This document shows positions 49,450 to 60,503 of a stretch of DNA of 64,000 bases, one piece after another (position 1 is the first letter of the stretch; each line of letters opens with the position of its first letter). The notes beneath the pieces are model-generated. The model was not told where the DNA came from, made no database searches, and saw only the letters and a list, made by a program, of their open reading frames with translations. The stretch comes from an uncultured Actinomycetota bacterium (GTDB taxonomy: Bacteria; Actinomycetota; Actinomycetes; Propionibacteriales; Nocardioidaceae). A program made the position numbers and the translations under genes. Location: contig CAWFAE010000016.1 in NCBI GenBank assembly GCA_963813615.1, positions 164,531-228,530 of the forward strand, in the 5' to 3' direction.

Positions 49450-51393
49450 GGCAGCACCGCCTCGATCTCGGTGCCCTGCGGCTCGAGCGCCCGCACCGAC
49501 AGCGTCCCGCGCAGCGCGGCGACCCGATCGGCGAGACCACCGAGCCCATGCCCCTGGCCGTCCGCCCCGCCGACGCCATGGTCGGTGACGACGACCCGCA
49601 GCTGCGAGTCGGACGGTCACGACCGAGATGCTGGCCTCGTCGGTCTGCGCGTGCTTGACCACGTTGGCCATCCCCTCCGCGATCACGAACCACGCCGCGG
49701 CCTCGACCCGGGCGGGGAACCGCCGGTCGACCACGTCGTACTGCACCCGCAGCGGGATCCGTCCGGTCAGGTCGACGACGGCCGCGAGCAGCCCGCCACC
49801 GGCGAGCGCGGCCGGCTGCAGGCCGGCGGCAAGGTCGCGCAGCTCCCGGACGGTCTCGCCCAGGTCGACGACCGCGCGGTCGACCTCGCGGGTCAGCACC
49901 TCCGGCTCGCCGTTGACCCGGGCCGCCTGGAGCTGCAGAGCGATCGCCAGCAGTCGCTGCTGCGCGCCGTCGTGCAGGTCGCGCTCGATCCGGCGCCGCT
50001 CGTCCAGGTGCGCGGTCGCGAGCCGCGCCCTCGACTCGGTCACGACCTCCACCTGCCGGGCCAGCTCCGCCCGCAGCGCCACGTTGTCGATCTCGGGAGC
50101 GGCCGCCGCGGCCACCGCCTCCACGACCTCCCGGTCGCTTCGCTCCGGGTCGTACTCGACCCGCGCGGTCGGTACGCCGTGCCGGTGCACGTCGACGTAC
50201 ACCTCGCTCGGCGTCACCTCGTGCCCCTGCGCGGTGACCCAGGTGTCGCCGGCCGCCGGATAGACGACCCGCGCGCCGCTGTCGAGCGCCGCCGCCACCA
50301 GCGCGTCCAGGTCCGGTGCCGGGTCGCCGAGGCCGGATCGCACGGTCTCGACGGCGTCGAAGCGGGTCCGGTTCACGCGCCGGCCGACCGCCCTCCGCCC
50401 CCACACGTACGACGCGCGCGCGACCACGACCCCGGCCAGCGTCGCCGCGATCGTGGGCAGCTGGGCGCCGGCCTCGATGGGCGTGCTCCTGCTGATCACC
50501 AGGACCACCAGACCGAAGATGACCACGACCGAGACGGACGCGAAGGCGTACGCGGCCGACTCGGTGATCACGCGCTCGACGTCGTACAACCGGTAGCGCA
50601 GCACCGAGAAGCCCGCCCCGAGGACCAGGCTGACGATCGCCAGGCCGAGCAGCGCGCCGGCGAGCGAGGTCCGATCCGCCAAGGAGAACGCGAACGCGGC
50701 GACCACGACGGGCGCGACCGGTACGGCGCCCGCGACCAGCCACAGCAGCTGGCGGCGCGACTCACCGGTCGACCGCCGCCAGGCCCGCACGAGCAGGTAC
50801 ACCGACAGCAGGAGACATAACCCGAGGGAGTAGATGGCGAGGGCGGCACCGTTCTGCGCCGGCCAACGCAGGGCCTCCACGGCCCAGGGACTGACCAGGT
50901 CCTCGTGGGGCGGGTCGAGGTGAGTGGAGCGCAGCAGTGCCAGCACCTGGAACGCGACGCCGGTCAGCACGGTGACGGCGGGGAGCCGGGTGGCGAGGCG
51001 GCCCTCGCGCGGCCCCGGCGGTGTGAACTGCAGCACCAGCGCCAGGAACACGAACCACCACACGAAGCTCGTGTCGCCGAGGGTCGCCATGAGGTCGTAC
51101 CCCGGCAGCGGGTCGGGGTCCCCGGCCGGTGCGTACTCGTCGGCGAACGCGCTCCAGGCGATCGCCGTCCCGAGGCCGAGGAACGCCCAGCCCGCCGGTT
51201 GCGCATAGGAACGGCCGGTGACGACCACGCCCACCAGCCAGCAGGCGACCAAGGCGGCGATCACGGGTACGTCGGCGGCGGCCGGTCCGGAGTCCGACGT
51301 GCTGCGCGACTCGGCGACGAGGGTCGCCACCAGCAGGGCAGGCGTGAGCGACCAGGTCAGTGCCCGGGTCAGCGTTCGTCCCGCCGCCCCCAT
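49437..51393 (-). CDS. multi-TM sensor histidine kinase (HisKA_3; one frameshift)
   Basis: ERRRIERDLHDGAQQRL, EGMANVVKHA, DHGVGG...GLGGLADRV. Confidence 0.9.
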
Positions 51394-51525
51394 CCCGACA
51401 TCGTGACAGCAGTTCCGGCTCCAGGACTCAGGGTTAGCCCTGGTTGGAAGACCGGTGACTGACTCCGTCGTTCCGCGGCGCTGGTGGGCCGACGCTGAGG
51501 GCACCTACTCAGAACGGAGACCACC

Positions 51526-52191
51526 ATGTCCGTCACCAGCACCCCGTCAGCCCAGCCCGAGACCCGGTCGACCACCGCCGCGAAGGTCGCCGTCGTCGCC
51601 GCGATCCTCTTCGGCGCCGCAATGTTCCTGACCGTCGCCAGCGTCAACGTCCCGCACGACGCCTCCGACGCCAAACTCCTCGAGTGGTGGCAGGAGCAGA
51701 GCAACCGCACCTCCGGCGTGATCTCCGGGCTGTTCGCGGTCTGCGCGGCGGCGCTGCTCGCCGTACTCATGAACCACGTGCACCACCTCGACGCCACCCG
51801 CAAGTCACCGCTGTGGCGCGGGTTCGCGCACTCGATGGCGACCGCCTTCACCGCCGCGATGCTGATCACCGCGGCCACCCGCTCGGCGATCGGGCACCTG
51901 GTCGACGTCATGGACGAGCCGCTGCCCGGCGTCGACGTCCTCCGCTACGCCACCGCGCTCAACTACCAGGTGCTCGGCCTGGCCGCGATGGGCGCGCTCG
52001 CCCTGACCATCCTGGCCACGTCCGTCCTGGCCCTGCGGACCGCGGCCTTCGGCCGATGGGCCGCGTGGATCGGTCTCGGCTGCGGCGCGATCATGCTGGC
52101 CGCGGTCGGCGCCGGGTACGGCGGCTTCACCGTTCCGCTGGCGATCCTGTGGTCCGTGTGCGTCGGCGTCGCCGTCCGGCCGAGGGGCTGA
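51526..52191 (+). CDS. multi-pass membrane protein
   Basis: About six hydrophobic segments; GGAG RBS; divergent from the kinase. Confidence 0.78.
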   Translation: MSVTSTPSAQPETRSTTAAKVAVVAAILFGAAMFLTVASVNVPHDASDAKLLEWWQEQSNRTSGVISGLFAVCAAALLAVLMNHVHHLDATRKSPLWRGFAHSMATAFTAAMLITAATRSAIGHLVDVMDEPLPGVDVLRYATALNYQVLGLAAMGALALTILATSVLALRTAAFGRWAAWIGLGCGAIMLAAVGAGYGGFTVPLAILWSVCVGVAVRPRG

Positions 52192-52257
52192 GGGCGGCGG
52201 CGCACGCCGTACTAGGTTGTTCCTCCACTCGACACCGTCGTCGCAAGGAGGAACTCG

Positions 52258-53322
52258 ATGCCCTCGACGTCCCGGGAGGACTTCGTACAGCGGATGAACG
52301 ACGCGGTCCTCGGCTCGTTCGAGATCGCGTCCACGTACCTGGGAGTGAAGCTGGGCTTCTATCGATCGCTCGCCGACGAGGGGCCGGCCACGGCCGCCGA
52401 GCTGGCCGCACGGACCGGCACCAACGAACGACTCGTACGCGAGTGGCTCGAGCAGCAGGGCGCCACCGAGCTGCTGGCCGCGACGAAGGAGAACGGCGAG
52501 TGGCGGTTCGCCGTGCCGCCCGAGCACGCCGACGTACTGCTCGATCCCGACGCCGTGGACGGGGTGGCCAGCACTGCGGTGTCGGTGGTCGCGGACCTCG
52601 CGCAGGTGCCACGGCTGGTGGAGTCGTTCCGTACCGGTGAGGGCATCCCGTACGCCGAGTACGGCCCCGACGAGGCCGAGGGGCAGGCGATGGGCACCCG
52701 GCCGATCTACCGGACCGAGATCAAGAGCTGGTTCGACGCCGTCCCGGAGCTGGCCGAGCGGCTAGCCGACGGCAGCGCGCGGGTGCTGGACATCGGCTGT
52801 GGCGTCGGATGGTCGAGCGTCTGCATCGCGCAGGCCTTCCCGGGCGTGCGGGTGGACGGCGTCGATCTCGACCCCGGCTCGATCGAGGCCGCCCGGAAGG
52901 TGGCCGAGGCCGAGGGAGTGACGGACCGGGTGACGCTCGAGCTGCGCGACGCGGCCACGCTGTCCGGCGCCGGGTACGACGTGGCGACCTTGTTCGAGAT
53001 GGTGCACGACCTCGCGCGACCGGTGCAGGCGCTTCGCGCCGCCCGCGAGGCGCTGGGTCCGGACGGGGTGGTGCTGGTGGCCGACGAGCCGGTCGGTGAC
53101 GAGTACGCCGGAGCGGCGTCCGACGAGGTCGAGCGACGCTACTACGGCTACAGCCTGCTGCACTGCCTGCCGGCCAGCATGACCGTGCCCGACTCCGCGG
53201 CCACCGGCACGGTGATGCGGCCCGACACGCTCCGGAGGTACGCGACCGAGGCCGGGTTCACCTCGGTGGAGGTGCTGCCGGTCGAGAGCGCGGCGTTCCG
53301 GCTGTATCTGCTGCGACCCTGA
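52258..53322 (+). CDS. wHTH plus SAM-dependent methyltransferase (Rv2258c-like)
   Basis: ELAARTGTNERLVREWL; VLDIGCGVGW; SLLHCLP. Confidence 0.88.
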   Translation: MPSTSREDFVQRMNDAVLGSFEIASTYLGVKLGFYRSLADEGPATAAELAARTGTNERLVREWLEQQGATELLAATKENGEWRFAVPPEHADVLLDPDAVDGVASTAVSVVADLAQVPRLVESFRTGEGIPYAEYGPDEAEGQAMGTRPIYRTEIKSWFDAVPELAERLADGSARVLDIGCGVGWSSVCIAQAFPGVRVDGVDLDPGSIEAARKVAEAEGVTDRVTLELRDAATLSGAGYDVATLFEMVHDLARPVQALRAAREALGPDGVVLVADEPVGDEYAGAASDEVERRYYGYSLLHCLPASMTVPDSAATGTVMRPDTLRRYATEAGFTSVEVLPVESAAFRLYLLRP

Positions 53323-53369
53323 CGTCCTGCCCACCGCGGTTTGGAGCCGTTCGGCTTGGATAGGGCCTC

Positions 53370-53636
53370 GTGGTGGGACTCGTCGGCTATCTCGCGAGCC
53401 TGGGCGCCATCAGCATGTGGATGCCGCAGGCCTGGCGGGTGCACCGTCACCGGCATGACGCCGCCGTGCTGGCGGGCGTCAGCGTTCTCGCCTACGCCAC
53501 CGCGATGGTCTTCAACGGCCTCCTCCTGGCGTACGGCGTCGGCTCCGACAGCGTCCCGGTCGCCCTCAGCGGCGGCGTGAACCTTCTGATGAGCGCGTTC
53601 ATCGTCGCCGTCGTGAGCAGGAGGCGTGCGACGTGA
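53370..53636 (+). CDS. SemiSWEET/PQ-loop family small transporter
   Basis: WMPQAWR...GVS...LLAYG...N; three TM helices, 88 aa. Confidence 0.7.
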   Translation: MVGLVGYLASLGAISMWMPQAWRVHRHRHDAAVLAGVSVLAYATAMVFNGLLLAYGVGSDSVPVALSGGVNLLMSAFIVAVVSRRRAT

Positions 53637-53944
53637 TCGCGTTCGTGGGCTACCTGGCCGCGGTGATCGACATCGGTCAGTTCACGCCGCAGACGTGGCG
53701 GACGGTACGGCGGCGTCGGGACCTCGCCGCCATGAGCGGCATCAGCGTGACGGCGTACTCGATCGCGACGGCGCAGGCAGTGCTCTGGGTGGTGTACGGC
53801 TTCGCCACCGACCGCCTGCCCATCGCGCTGCCGAACCTGCTGATCGCGCCGGCCTGTGCCACCGTTCTGGTGCTCGGTGTCGTTGCCCGGCGGCGGGCGC
53901 GGCAGACGCGGGATGAGCTGCTGACGCGCCTACATACGAGTTAG
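53633..53944 (+). CDS. SemiSWEET/PQ-loop family small transporter
   Basis: FTPQTWRT...GIS...LWVVYG...PIALPN; three TM helices. Confidence 0.75.
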   Translation: MIAFVGYLAAVIDIGQFTPQTWRTVRRRRDLAAMSGISVTAYSIATAQAVLWVVYGFATDRLPIALPNLLIAPACATVLVLGVVARRRARQTRDELLTRLHTS

Positions 53945-55657
53945 TAAGCCCGTCCACCAGCAGAGAAGTGCTGGTAGTCCGGCGACTCGGCCCACGATCC
54001 GCCCCACTCCCAGCCGATGGCCGCGAAGGCCTCGACCGCCACGTCACCGTCCCGGATGGTCCCGGCCGGCACGGGCCCGGCTGCCCGATCCAGCCGGGCG
54101 AAGGGTCGCCCGGCTGGTGGATGGACCACCCCGTCGCGGAGGTAGGGGTTCTCGACCGGGTTGATGTCGATGGCCGCTCCGTAGGCGTGGTCCGACCACT
54201 TGTTGCTCCCAGCGACTCTTCGGCAGTTGTACGCCGACGTGTTGTCGGCCGCCATCGACCGGTCGTCGTCCCCGGCGAAGTCGCTCGACGGGACGCATCC
54301 GCCGGATCGGCCAGCGTGCGTCGTGGAGCCGGGCGAAGGCGCGAACGACGGCCCCGGCGTACTCGGCGCGCACGACCATGCCCCCGGTGTGCTCGCCCCC
54401 GTCGAACCCGACGTAGGGCAGCCGCAGGTAGCGCAGGTCCGGCCAGGCGACCGGGCACCCGCGCCCGTGCGAGGAGCTGAGGCGCTCCCGGAGCTTCGGC
54501 CCGATCCGGTGCACGGACCCGTGCTCCCGCCGGTCCGGGACCGCGGGGACCGGCGGGCCCACGAGCGGTCGGGCGGCCAGCCCAGCGCAGGTGCGCAGCT
54601 TCCGCCACCGCTCGATCGCGTCGGTCCGAGCCTTGCCGCGCAAGGGGCGCGGGCCACCGAACACCTGGATCTCCGCGGGCTCCCACGCGTCTGACGCGAC
54701 GTGTCCGTCCTCCACCTGGAGCCGAAGCACCCCGGTGTCGGGTTGGTGGTTGTGGTACCAGAGGAAGTTGCCCAACCCGTAGTCGACGTAGGTCTGCCCG
54801 AGCCACCCGGCACCTTGCTGGACGTGGGCGTGGCTGCCCACGATGACGTCGGCTCCGGCATCGGCCAGGTCCTGCGCCAGGCGCTGCTGGTCCGGGCTCG
54901 GGCAGCTCGCGTACTCGGCGCCCCAGTGCAGGTAGACCACGACGAGGTCGTCGCGGCCGGCAGCACGCCGGACCGCACCCGTCAGCGCCCCCGTCCTCGT
55001 CTCCCTGGCCGCGGCCAACCCTGGAGTGTGTGCGCCGGCCTCCCAGACCCGGCCCGCCGACTCGCGCGGCGACGCGTCGGCGGCGAGGACGGCGACCGGG
55101 GTGCCCTCGATCGTGGTGCGGTACGGCGTGTACGCGGAGCGTCGGTGCCGGCCGATGCCGACGACGGGGATCGGGCCGCGACGTACGGCGCGCAAGGTGT
55201 CCTGCAGCCCTTCCGGTCCGAAGTCGGCGCCGTGGTTGTTGGCCATCGTGACCACGTCGACGCCGGCGGCCGACAGCACGTCGAGCGCCGCGGGCGGGGC
55301 CCGGAACCAGTACCGGTCGGCCGGCGCCTCGAGCTCCTTGGGATCGGGAGACCCGCCGTCAGTCAGCGCGCTCTCGAGGTTGAGCATCGTGAGATCGGCA
55401 TCCCGGAGCGTCCTCGTGATCGGCCCGAGGGCGCCGCGCGGATGGTCGAGCAGGCCGGCCAGCTGGATCTGGAAATGCGCATCGCCCGCAAACGCCAGCG
55501 TGATCACCTGCCCGGGTTCGGGTTCGGCGTCAGGTGCCGGGCTGGGGGCCTCGGGTGGAGCGAGGCGCTCCACCGAAGCGCTGCTGCCCAGACAGCCGGT
55601 GAGGGCCACGCAGGCGACCAGGGCGAGCACACCGATCGCGGTGGCACGACGTGGCAT
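53941..55657 (-). CDS. CapA/PgsA metallophosphoesterase domain fused to an M15 peptidase, lipoprotein (one frameshift)
   Basis: LTGC lipobox; AFAGD, NLES, MANNHGAD, LHWG, GSHAH, GLGNF; then SAYNCR...SDHAYGAAIDINP...DYQHF. Confidence 0.82.
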
Positions 55658-55755
55658 CGCACGACTCCTACCCCGGGCCGCCTTCGGCCCTCCTATGGAC
55701 ACGAACCCCGAGGGCCTGGCCCGGTTCCGACGCGGGCGCTCGAAACATCGCCCCG

Positions 55756-56863
55756 TCAGCCGATCTCGGGCATCACCACCTGCTCCGGGAGTTGGTTCGC
55801 GAGCGTGCACGCCCGGGTGGAGAAGCGGCATTCGAGCAGGTCGTCGTTGCCCGCTCGGTTCACCGTCACGATGACGGTGTCGTCATCGACCCACTGGGTG
55901 AGCCAGTTGGCGGCCGCAGCCGGGTATCCGGGCGGCGCATCGAAGAGGAAGCGCCGGTTCGAGCCGCCGTCGCGCGCGTCCAACGGCTGTGGTCCCTGGG
56001 GCTCGACCCGGTTGCGGACCACGTCGAACTGCCAGTTGATCCCGTCGTGGACGCGGTACGTCGTGGGTTCCCCCTCCTCCGCGTGGCTCACCATCATCGT
56101 GCGCGGGGTGCCGGGACCCGGAATGTCCGCCTCGTAGTCGCTCTGGTCCACCGGCGTCTGATCTCCGGTGGCGAGCCCGATCCGGGCCTGGGGGACGGCG
56201 ATGTCGTCGTCCGACTCCGGCGAGGTGTACCAGTAAGCGTTTTGCTCGGTGACCGACGCCAGCAGGGCGTAGGACCCGGGCTCCACGTCGAGCTCCTGTC
56301 GGGTCACCTGCACGCCGGCCTGCGTGTCGTAGACGACGAGCTCGGGCTGCCCCGCCTGGGGGAACTCGAACCAGGCGACCTGCGAGCCGGCGTTGCCGGA
56401 GACCACGAAGCCCCACGTGGTTGCGTAGGGACGGTCGGGCACGTCGTACGCCGAGCCGGGCTCACCGAGCGTCCCGACCTGCTCCGAGTCGGCGCCGTCG
56501 GTGAACCAGATCTCGCCGGCATCGGTGCGGAACACGACTCCGTCGTCGGTGAGGTCGAGCTCCACGACCTGGTCGGGAGCGGTGACCGAGCTGTCGCCGT
56601 AGAAGATCGTCGAACCGTCCGCGAACGTCACCGGGTGGGTCGTGGTAGCGCCGTCCGGCGGCTCGATCGGCTCCTCCCGGCCGTCGTCGTTGTCCGTGGT
56701 CAGGACCGCGACGCCGACGACGACTGCTGCGACCGCAGTGGCGGAGACGCGCGGTGACGAGCGTCCGACGACGGCTCCGAAGTCGTGCGGTCTCACGCAA
56801 CGCTTCGAAGGGAGGCTGGTCGATCTGGTCAGCGAGACCGCGCAGCAGGTTCAGCTCAGACAT
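55756..56863 (-). CDS. putative anti-sigma/membrane protein with an extracellular domain (one frameshift)
   Basis: Overlaps the ECF sigma stop; short cytoplasmic part, RRR plus TM, then a beta-rich acidic domain. Confidence 0.65.
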
Positions 56864-57347
56864 GACGGCCCTCCGTCTCGTCGAGAAGGTCGGCAAGCCG
56901 GGCTCGCGCCCGCGACAGCCGAGACTTCACCGTGCCCACCGGGATCCCGAGCTCGTCCGCGACCTCCGCGACGTCCAGGTCGGCCAGGTAGTAGAGGACC
57001 ACGACCTCGCGGTGATCACGGTCGACCTGCCCCAGCGCGGTCACGATCGCGACATGGTCGGGCCCGGCCTGAACCGGCTGCTGCGGACCCGGAACGCGGG
57101 GTTGGTACTTGCGCACCACCGTCGCGTGCCGCCATCCCTTGCGCAGACGGTTGAGGGCGGCCGTGCGCACCCAGGCTTCCGGGTTGCCGACCTTGCGCAG
57201 CTCGCGCTGCTTCCGGATCGCGGTCACGAAAGCCTCCTGCACCGCGTCCTCGGCGTCGGACATGTCACCGCAGATCGCGTACAGCTGCACGACGAGTCGG
57301 CGGTAAGACGCGTCGTAGAGCTCGTCGAGCGCAGGTTTGTCGACCAT
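56856..57347 (-). CDS. ECF RNA polymerase sigma factor
   Basis: AEDAVQEAF, NPEAWVR, EVADELGIPVGTVKSRLSRAR. Confidence 0.92.
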   Translation of the reverse strand: MVDKPALDELYDASYRRLVVQLYAICGDMSDAEDAVQEAFVTAIRKQRELRKVGNPEAWVRTAALNRLRKGWRHATVVRKYQPRVPGPQQPVQAGPDHVAIVTALGQVDRDHREVVVLYYLADLDVAEVADELGIPVGTVKSRLSRARARLADLLDETEGRHV

Positions 57348-57498
57348 GCCCGCCTCCTCGATCCAATGTGCCACCGGCCGGACTGGGATGGCGGCCGAAA
57401 TTGGGGATCTCGAAGTCACGAGCCCCGAGGGGCCCCTTCGGTTCCCGCCGGTCGGTGACGAATAGGCCGGGCCGGGGAAAGGCGAGCGTGGAGCCGGC

Positions 57499-57975
57499 TC
57501 AGCCGTGCTCGTCCGACGCCTGGGTTTCTGGCTGGACCGACCAGGCCGGAGGCTCGTCCTCGCCCGACTCCTCGTCGCGCTCCGCGTCATCGGACGTGGC
57601 CTGCACCAGGCCGGCCGCGTGGTGGACCGGCGCGTAGACCGCGTAGACCTGCAGGGGCTCATCACCGATGTTCGTGACGTTGTGCCACGAGCCTGCGGGC
57701 ACGAGGATCGCCCAGCCATCCTCGACCTCCCGGTCGAAGTCGAGCCGGTCCTTCGCGGGACCCATCTGCACGCGACCTCGGCCCGCGTCGACGCGCAAGA
57801 ACTGGTCGGTCTCCGGGTGCGCCTCCAGGCCGATGTCCTCGCCGACCGGGATCGACATCAGCGTCAGCTGGAGGTACTTCCCGGACCACGCGACGGTCCG
57901 GTAGTTGGTGTTCTCGACCGTCGCCCGCTCGAGGTCGAAGCTCTGCGGCTCCGGCCCGATGTCGTTGATCGTCAT
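57499..57975 (-). CDS. cupin domain protein
   Basis: DIGLEAHPETDQFLR...VPAGSWHNVTN. Confidence 0.9.
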   Translation of the reverse strand: MTINDIGPEPQSFDLERATVENTNYRTVAWSGKYLQLTLMSIPVGEDIGLEAHPETDQFLRVDAGRGRVQMGPAKDRLDFDREVEDGWAILVPAGSWHNVTNIGDEPLQVYAVYAPVHHAAGLVQATSDDAERDEESGEDEPPAWSVQPETQASDEHG

Positions 57976-57988
57976 GCTCTCTCCTCGG

Positions 57989-58783
57989 TCAGGTCAGCGA
58001 GTCGGAATGGCTCGGCACCCGGCGCTCCGCATCCCGCGGCGGCCGGACGTAGCCCTGGGGCTCGGGCCGCTTCGGGATCGTCGGCGCCGCGTGTTCCATC
58101 TGCTCGTAGTCGATGCTGCTCAGCAGGTGATGGATCATGTCGAGCCGCGCCCGCCGCTTGTCGTCGCTCTCGACGATCCACCACGGCTCCTCGGCGCTGT
58201 CGGTGTGGACGACCATCTGGTCCTTCGCCCGTGAGTAGTCCTCCCACCGGGCCAGCGACTCCAGGTCGGTCGGGGACAGCTTCCAGCGACGTAGCGGGTC
58301 GTTGGCCCGCGACCGGAAGCGCGCCTCCTGCTCGGCGTCGCTCACCGAGAACCAGTACTTGCGCAGCAGGATGCCGTCCTCGGTCAGCAGGCGCTCGAAG
58401 ATAGGGGCCTGATGCAGGAACCGGTGGTACTCGTCGTTCGTGCAGTAGCCCATCACGCGCTCCACCCCAGCGCGGTTGTACCAGGACCGGTCGAACAGCA
58501 CGATCTCGCCGGCGGCCGGGAGGTGCTCGACGTACCGCTGGAAGTACCACTGGGTGCGCTGGCGCTCTGTCGGCGCCGGCAGAGCAGCGATCCGCGTGAC
58601 GCGGGGGTTGAGGTATTGCGCGATCCGCTTGATCGTGCCGCCCTTGCCCGCCGCATCGCGGCCCTCGAAGAGCACCACGAGACGCTGGCCGGTGGTCTTG
58701 ATCCACTCCTGCATCACCACGAGCTCGGTCTGCAGCCGCAGCAGCTCCTCCTCGTAGACCCGCTTGGGCAGGCGGTCAGACAT
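57989..58783 (-). CDS. ppk2: polyphosphate kinase 2
   Basis: FEGRDAAGKGG, FDRSWYNRAGVERVMG, WKLSPTD. Confidence 0.95.
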   Translation of the reverse strand: MSDRLPKRVYEEELLRLQTELVVMQEWIKTTGQRLVVLFEGRDAAGKGGTIKRIAQYLNPRVTRIAALPAPTERQRTQWYFQRYVEHLPAAGEIVLFDRSWYNRAGVERVMGYCTNDEYHRFLHQAPIFERLLTEDGILLRKYWFSVSDAEQEARFRSRANDPLRRWKLSPTDLESLARWEDYSRAKDQMVVHTDSAEEPWWIVESDDKRRARLDMIHHLLSSIDYEQMEHAAPTIPKRPEPQGYVRPPRDAERRVPSHSDSLT

Positions 58784-58837
58784 GCCTGAACCATAGGCCC
58801 GGCGCCGCAGAAAGATCGAGGTGCGGCGTACGCCGGC

Positions 58838-59642
58838 TCAGCGGACTGCGAGCGCCTTCATCCGCCGGCGGTTGTTCAGCTCGACCACCCCCACGATCAC
58901 GACCGAGACCGCGAACATCAGCGTGCCGACGACGTTCACCTGCATCGGTACGCCGACCCGGGCCGCGCCCCACACGAACATCGGGAACGTCGTCTCGGAC
59001 CCAGAGTTGAGGTTCGTGATGATGAAGTCGTCGAAGGAGAGGGAGAAGGAGAGCAACGCCGCGCCCAGGATTCCGGGCAGCACCAAGGGGAAGGTGACGC
59101 GCCAGAAGGTCTGCGGCGGGCGTTGCATACAGGTCGGCTGCCGCTTGCTCCAGGTTGTCGCTCATGCCCGCCAGTCGTGACCGCACGGTCACCACCACGA
59201 AGGACAGGCAAAACATGACGTGGGCGATGAAGATCGTCCAGAAGCCGAGCTGGCCCGCGAAACCGCCCTGCACGAACAGGGTGAGGAGGGAAGAGCCGAG
59301 GACGATCTCGGGAGCGGCCATCGGCAGAAAGATCAGGAGGTTGGACGACGAGCGTCCGGCGAAGGCGTGGCGCACCAGTGCGAAGGCGGCCATGGTGCCG
59401 ATGATGGTGGCCACCAGGGTGGCCAGCAGCCCGACGCGGATGCTCAGCCAGAGGCTGTCGCACATGCCGGGCGCCTCGCAGAAGTGCGTCCAGTTGTGCA
59501 GCGTGAAGCCGTCGAACCGGTAGATGTTGCGGGTCTCCGGGTCGTTGAAGCTCATCAGCACGACGACGCCGATCGGCACGAACGTGTACACCAGCACGAG
59601 CAGGCCGAGCATGAGCACCAGGTGCTCCCGGATCCAGCGCAT
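58838..59642 (-). CDS. potC: polyamine ABC transporter permease, PotC-like (one frameshift)
   Basis: PEIVLG, LEQAAADLYA, LLSFSLSFDDFIIT. Confidence 0.85.
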
Positions 59643-60503
59643 CAGAGCAGCTCCTCCGTCCCGGCCCGGCGGACGTAGAAGAACACCATCGCCACGATGA
59701 TCACCATCAGGATCATCGAGAGCGCGGCCGCGATCGCGGAGTTGTTGGCGTCGGTGAACTGGCCCTCGATCACCGCGCCGATCACTCGGGTGTTGGTGCT
59801 GCCGAGCAGCTGTGCGTTGATGTAGTCACCGGCGGCCGGGATGAAGGTCAGCAGGGTGCCCGAGACCACGCCGGGCAGTGACAACGGCCAGGTGACCTTG
59901 AAGAAGCCGGCTGACCGGGTTCGCGTAGAGGTCGCTGGAGGCCTCGATCAGCCGCGGGTCGATCTTGTCGATGCTGGCGAACAGCGGCAGCACCATGAAC
60001 GGCAGGAAGTTGTAGGCCAGCCCGGTGATCACCGCGAACGGCGTCGCGAGCAGCCGGCCGTCGTCCCCGAGGATGTGCAGGAACTGCAGGGTGTCCACGA
60101 TCAACCCGTCGTCGGCCAGGAGCAGCTGCCACGACAGCGTCCGGAGCAGGAAGCTGGTGAAGAACGGCACGATCACCAGCACCAGCAGCAGCGTCTTCCA
60201 CCGGCCGGACTTGAAGGCGATCGCGTAGGCCAGTACGTAGCCGAGCACCAGGCAGATCAGGGTCGCGATGCCGGCGTACACCAGAGCGCGCAGCAGCGGC
60301 TGCCAGTACTCCTGGAGGGCGTCCACGTAGTTGCCGAACGCGTAGGTCATCTCCCAGCCGCGGAAGTCGCTGCCGCCCTGGTCGTAGAGGCTGGTCGCGA
60401 CCAGGGAGTAGAACGGGATGACGAAGAACAGGCCGAGCCAGACGGCAGCCGGGAGCATCAGCAGGTAGCCGACCTTCCCGCGCCGGCGCGCCATCTCGGC
60501 CAT
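59642..60503 (-). CDS. potB: polyamine ABC transporter permease, PotB-like (one frameshift)
   Basis: PFFTSFLLRT, YNFLPFMVLPL, LIEASSDLYA, FIPAAGDY. Confidence 0.85.

Noticed and set aside
48775-51504. 909-aa hybrid kinase-response regulator ORF
   Set aside because: A frameshift near 49610 moves the kinase into the regulator frame; the true kinase end (…EAVLPCVS*) is in another frame overlapping the regulator GTG
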